Positions 59,215-64,000 of a stretch of DNA of 64,000 nucleotides are shown one piece after another. Location of the stretch: NCBI GenBank assembly GCA_964016885.1, contig OZ024756.1:36394001-36458000 (forward strand), read 5' to 3'. Position numbers and translations under genes: made by a program. The stretch comes from Eledone cirrhosa. Its lineage: Eukaryota. The notes under the pieces were generated by a model. The model was not told where the DNA came from and made no database searches. It saw only the letters and a program-made list of their open reading frames with translations. Every line of letters starts with the position of its first letter. The stretch's first letter is position 1.

Positions 59215-59729
59215 GCGAGAGAGAGAGAGAGGGAGAGAGAGAGAGGGGGAGAGAGAGAGAGGGCGAGACAGAGTAGGACATCTTCCCTAGAATCATTAAG
59301 ACCAAATAACAACAACAATAACAAACACTAACAGTGGCAACAGAGGCAACAACAACAACAACAACAACAACAATAACAATAATAACAGCAGCAACAAGTG
59401 AAAATACATGAAAAACGAAAAAATATAATAATAAAAAAAAAATCTAAAATAAATCTGATAAATAAACCCTCAGCCGGTATCAAATCCTAATCACGTGACC
59501 AGAGAAGCGGAACGTGATGTTGTATAATTAAAATAAATACAAAAAGACAAATGAAAAAACACACCAAAAATACAATAAAACGGTCATTCGATATCGTTTG
59601 GCTGTTTAGAGAGAAACTGTCCAAGCACAAATGACAAATTTATCTCTCTATGATTTAATGTGTAAGCCATTATGGTACGGTAAAGTAAGAAAGAAAGACC
59701 ACAAAACCACACAGTAACAATACGACCAC

Positions 59730-60900
59730 TCAGTCACATATAACCATATAATCACACATTCACATATAACCACAAAACCACACATTCATACATAACCACA
59801 AAACCACACATTCACATATAACCACAAAACCACACATTCACATATAACCACAAAACCACACATTCATACATAACCACAAAACCACACATTCACATATAAC
59901 CACAAAACCACACATTCACATATAACCACAAAACCACACAGTCACATATAACCACAAAACCACACATTCACATATAACCACAAAACCACACATTCACATA
60001 TAACCACAAAACCACACATTCACATATAACCACAAAACCACACATTCACATATAACCACAAAACCACACAGTCACATATAACCACAAAACCACACATTCA
60101 CATATAACCACAAAACCACACATTCACATATAACCATAAAACCACACATTCACATATCACCACAAAACCACACAGTCACATATAACCACAAAACCACACA
60201 TTCACATATAACCACAAAACCACACATTCACATATAACCACAAAACCACACATTCACATATAACCACAAAACCACACATTCACATATAACCACAAAACCA
60301 CACAGTCACATATAACCACAAAACCACACAGTCACATATAACCACAAAACCACACATTCACATATAACTACAAAACCACACAGTCACATTTAACCACAAA
60401 ACCACACAGTCACATATAACCACAAAACCACACATTCATACATAACCACAAAACCACACATTCACATATAACCACAAAACCACACATTCACATATAACCA
60501 TAAAACCACACATTCACATATCACCACAAAACCACACAGTCACATATAACCATAAAACCACACATTCACATATCACCACAAAACCACACAGTCACATATA
60601 ACCACAAAACCACACATTCCCACATTACCACAAAACCACACATTCACATATCACCACAAAACCACACATTCACATATAACCACAAAACCACACATTCACA
60701 TATAACCACAAAACCACACAGTCACATATAACCGCAAAACCACACAGTCATATTTAACCACAAAACCACACATTCACATATAACCACAAAACCACACATT
60801 CACATATAACCACAAAACCACACATTCACATATAACCACAAAACCACACATTCACATATAACTACAAAACCACACATTCACACACCATCTCAAAACCACA
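59730..60900. repeat. 26-bp minisatellite, about 44 copies
   Basis: Unit taaccacaaaaccacacattcacata. Confidence 0.97.
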
Positions 60901-60907
60901 CAGTAAT

Positions 60908-61086
60908 AATTGTTTCTAATTTTGGCACAAGGCCAGCAATTACCCAGTACATTACTGGTACTTTATTTTATCGACCCCGTAAGGATGAAAGGCAAAGTTA
61001 ACCTCGGCGGGATTTGAACTCAGAATGGCAAGGACCGTAACTCTATGCGTCAAAGAATGGCGTCCGATCTTCTACTAAAACTGCCA
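60908..61086 (-). mobile_element. Family 1 SINE with target-site duplication aaaccacacagtaataat
   Basis: Reverse consensus flanked by a direct repeat. Confidence 0.88.
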
Positions 61087-61177
61087 AACCACACAGTAAT
61101 AATACGACCACAGTCACATATAACCGTATAACCTCAGAGTTACACATCCTGGAAACCACAAAACCACACAGTAATAA

Positions 61178-61333
61178 TACTCGATACTTGGGGCAGTAGA
61201 GTGGGTAATGATGATTTCTCCCGAATGAAACAGTTCTAGTCCTGTAGAAGCCATTTCTATATTAAATATTTATACTCTGCTTTGTATTGAGTACCTTACT
61301 TACTGTGGTTACCCCAGATTGAACCTAGGATAA
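61178..61333 (+). mobile_element. Family C pLTR remnant fused to an inverted family A tail piece
   Basis: tactcgatacttggggcagtagagtgggtaa (A, inverted) then TGATGA tttctcccgaat GAAAC agttctagtcct GTA gaagcc and the C tail. Confidence 0.75.
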
Positions 61334-61419
<86 letters not shown>

Positions 61420-61421
<2 letters not shown>

Positions 61422-61865
61422 AGGGCGGGTAAAATTCCCGAGATCCATGGACGAGTTCTCTCCAGCGGTCTCTGTCCCTCATCATCGTTGCCATGTCCTG
61501 CGTCTCCAAGAGATAGTGCCCGAGGATTAGAAGAGGGAATGGCTGGACCATTTTTGGACCCTACTAGGAGAGCCGCTCTCCACAGCCCAGAACACTAGGG
61601 AGATCAGGCGGCTCTTTGAGGAATTGGATATTGAGACAGGATCCTTCACCAGAGAGGAACTTCAGAGCCAAGAAGAAGATCAAGGAGGGCAAGGCTTATG
61701 GGGAAGATGGAGTGGCATCAGAGGTGATGAAGATGTGCGATTTTGATGATATCATCCTGGGGTTCTGTAACCAGGCACTGGAGAAAGGAGTTGCCCGAAA
61801 TCAGTGGAGGATCAGTAAAACATCGTCCCAGTACCAAAGAAGGGAGATCTCTCTAACACTAACAA
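61420..61865 (+). mobile_element. RTE/RTEX-like LINE ORF2 internal fragment upstream of the RT core
   Basis: Frameshifted peptide EELDIETGSFTREEL..AKKKIKEGKAYGEDGVASEVMK..QWR..IVPVPKKGDLSNTNN, typical of the pre-RT region. Confidence 0.8.
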
Positions 61866-61933
61866 CACACAGACACACACACACACACATACACGCACAC
61901 ACACACACACACACGCACGCACACACACACACG

Positions 61934-62058
<125 letters not shown>

Positions 62059-62379
62059 TTAACTTTAATTATATCTCATAAAATAATACAACTGGTTTTT
62101 CCACATTATACATATTGTTAGCACCCCAAACACTTAAATTGGGTTTATATTTTAATATAACCTAATGTTTGTTGAGTGAGATGGTTACCAGTCAGAGTTT
62201 AGCTTTAAACTATCTCTGTTATTGTATTAAATAAATATATATATATATGCTCTTAGCCATTGCTTTCCTCTGCCGAGGCTCCTACGTGTCCATACTGCCC
62301 TATCCCAGATGAGGTGATTCTCTCTTTCTAAGTCCATTTCACGAATCGCTGCTCTGCTGTCCTTCATAAGTCCAAAGTG

Positions 62380-62451
<72 letters not shown>

Positions 62452-62475
62452 ACTCTCTCTCTCTATCTCTCTCTC

Positions 62476-62534
<59 letters not shown>

Positions 62535-62743
62535 TTGTGTGTGTGTGTGTGTATGTGTTTCTGTATGTGTTTGTGAGTTTGTGTATGTATGTATGTGTTT
62601 GTGTTGGTATCTATGTTAACAAACATACGTTCACATAGACATATGCACACACACACACACACACACACACACGCATTCGTTGTGTAGTCGGGATGGTGTA
62701 TGTATGAGTGTGCGTGCGCGCGCGTGTGTGTGTGTGCTTGCGC

Positions 62744-62792
<49 letters not shown>

Positions 62793-62872
62793 CGTGCCTG
62801 AAAGCGTATGTGTGAATACTGTGTGCGTTTACTTGTTTAACTATAAATATACTCATTCATTATATATACATA

Positions 62873-63117
<245 letters not shown>

Positions 63118-63241
63118 AAAATATATATAAGTTAATACAATATATTCATATCACAATCTATCAATCTATATTTATCGATCTTGCTATCGACTTTTTGTCT
63201 CTCTCTCTTTCTCTCTTTATATATATGTGTGTGTGTATACG

Positions 63242-63434
<193 letters not shown>

Positions 63435-63627
63435 CTATATAGGTAATATTTGCATCCCGAAATACTTTTGTTGATTTTTGAGCTTTTATTTATAGCTATC
63501 GATTATTATTTAGGTCATTTCCTTTGGGACACCCACGTTTGAAGTTTCATATTCTCACAATGTGTTTCTTAGTTCAACAGCTTTGGTTTTTTTTTGTTCC
63601 TCTTTTGTGATCCCGTCTCTATTTGTA

Positions 63628-63733
63628 CTTCTGAAGAAGGGCTTAAGTCCGACACGTCAAACTATCTTTCTCTTTCCAATATAAAGCATGAAACTAATAA
63701 CTTTTTGTACCTCTGTTTGTTGCTTCCTTGAAC
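63628..63733 (+). mobile_element. Family E-like remnant with mutated hammerhead
   Basis: CTGAAGA agggcttaagtcc GACAC GTC (GAAA mutated to GACA), tail ending in (TA)n. Confidence 0.65.
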
Positions 63734-63796
63734 TATATATATATATATACACACACACACATATTATATATATACATATATTATATATATATACAC

Positions 63797-63853
<57 letters not shown>

Positions 63854-63900
63854 TAATGTATATATACATATATTATACACACACACACATATATATATAC

Positions 63901-63983
<83 letters not shown>

Positions 63984-64000
63984 CATATATATAATATATA

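Overview
Repeat-saturated, AT-rich eukaryotic non-coding DNA. The SINE families resemble those I recall from octopus/cephalopod genomes, so the taxon is inferred, not verified. I found no convincing host protein-coding gene: nearly all listed ORFs are artefacts of (TA)n, (CA)n, (GA)n, trinucleotide runs and minisatellites. The window holds two tRNA-derived SINE families, LINE fragments (Tx1/L1-like, RTE-like, CRE-like), hAT- and Tc1/mariner-type MITEs, several minisatellites (two visibly born from transposon sequence) and a 200-N gap. The main hidden signal is a dense population of short (100-500 bp) elements, in about ten sequence families, sitting in (TA)n tracts. Most families carry type I hammerhead ribozyme motifs: seven loci keep a complete CUGANGA...GAAA...UH core, and many more are mutated or keep only the 3' half. 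Many copies are asymmetric fold-back palindromes (long arm with unique 3' tail plus short inverted arm). This matches Penelope-like element pseudo-LTR remnants. Three regularities stand out: fold-back apexes at or beside the ribozyme's own helices, short arms ending at TA microhomology, and a shared CTC...GAG hairpin in otherwise unrelated 3' tails. Repeat boundaries were read by eye and are approximate.
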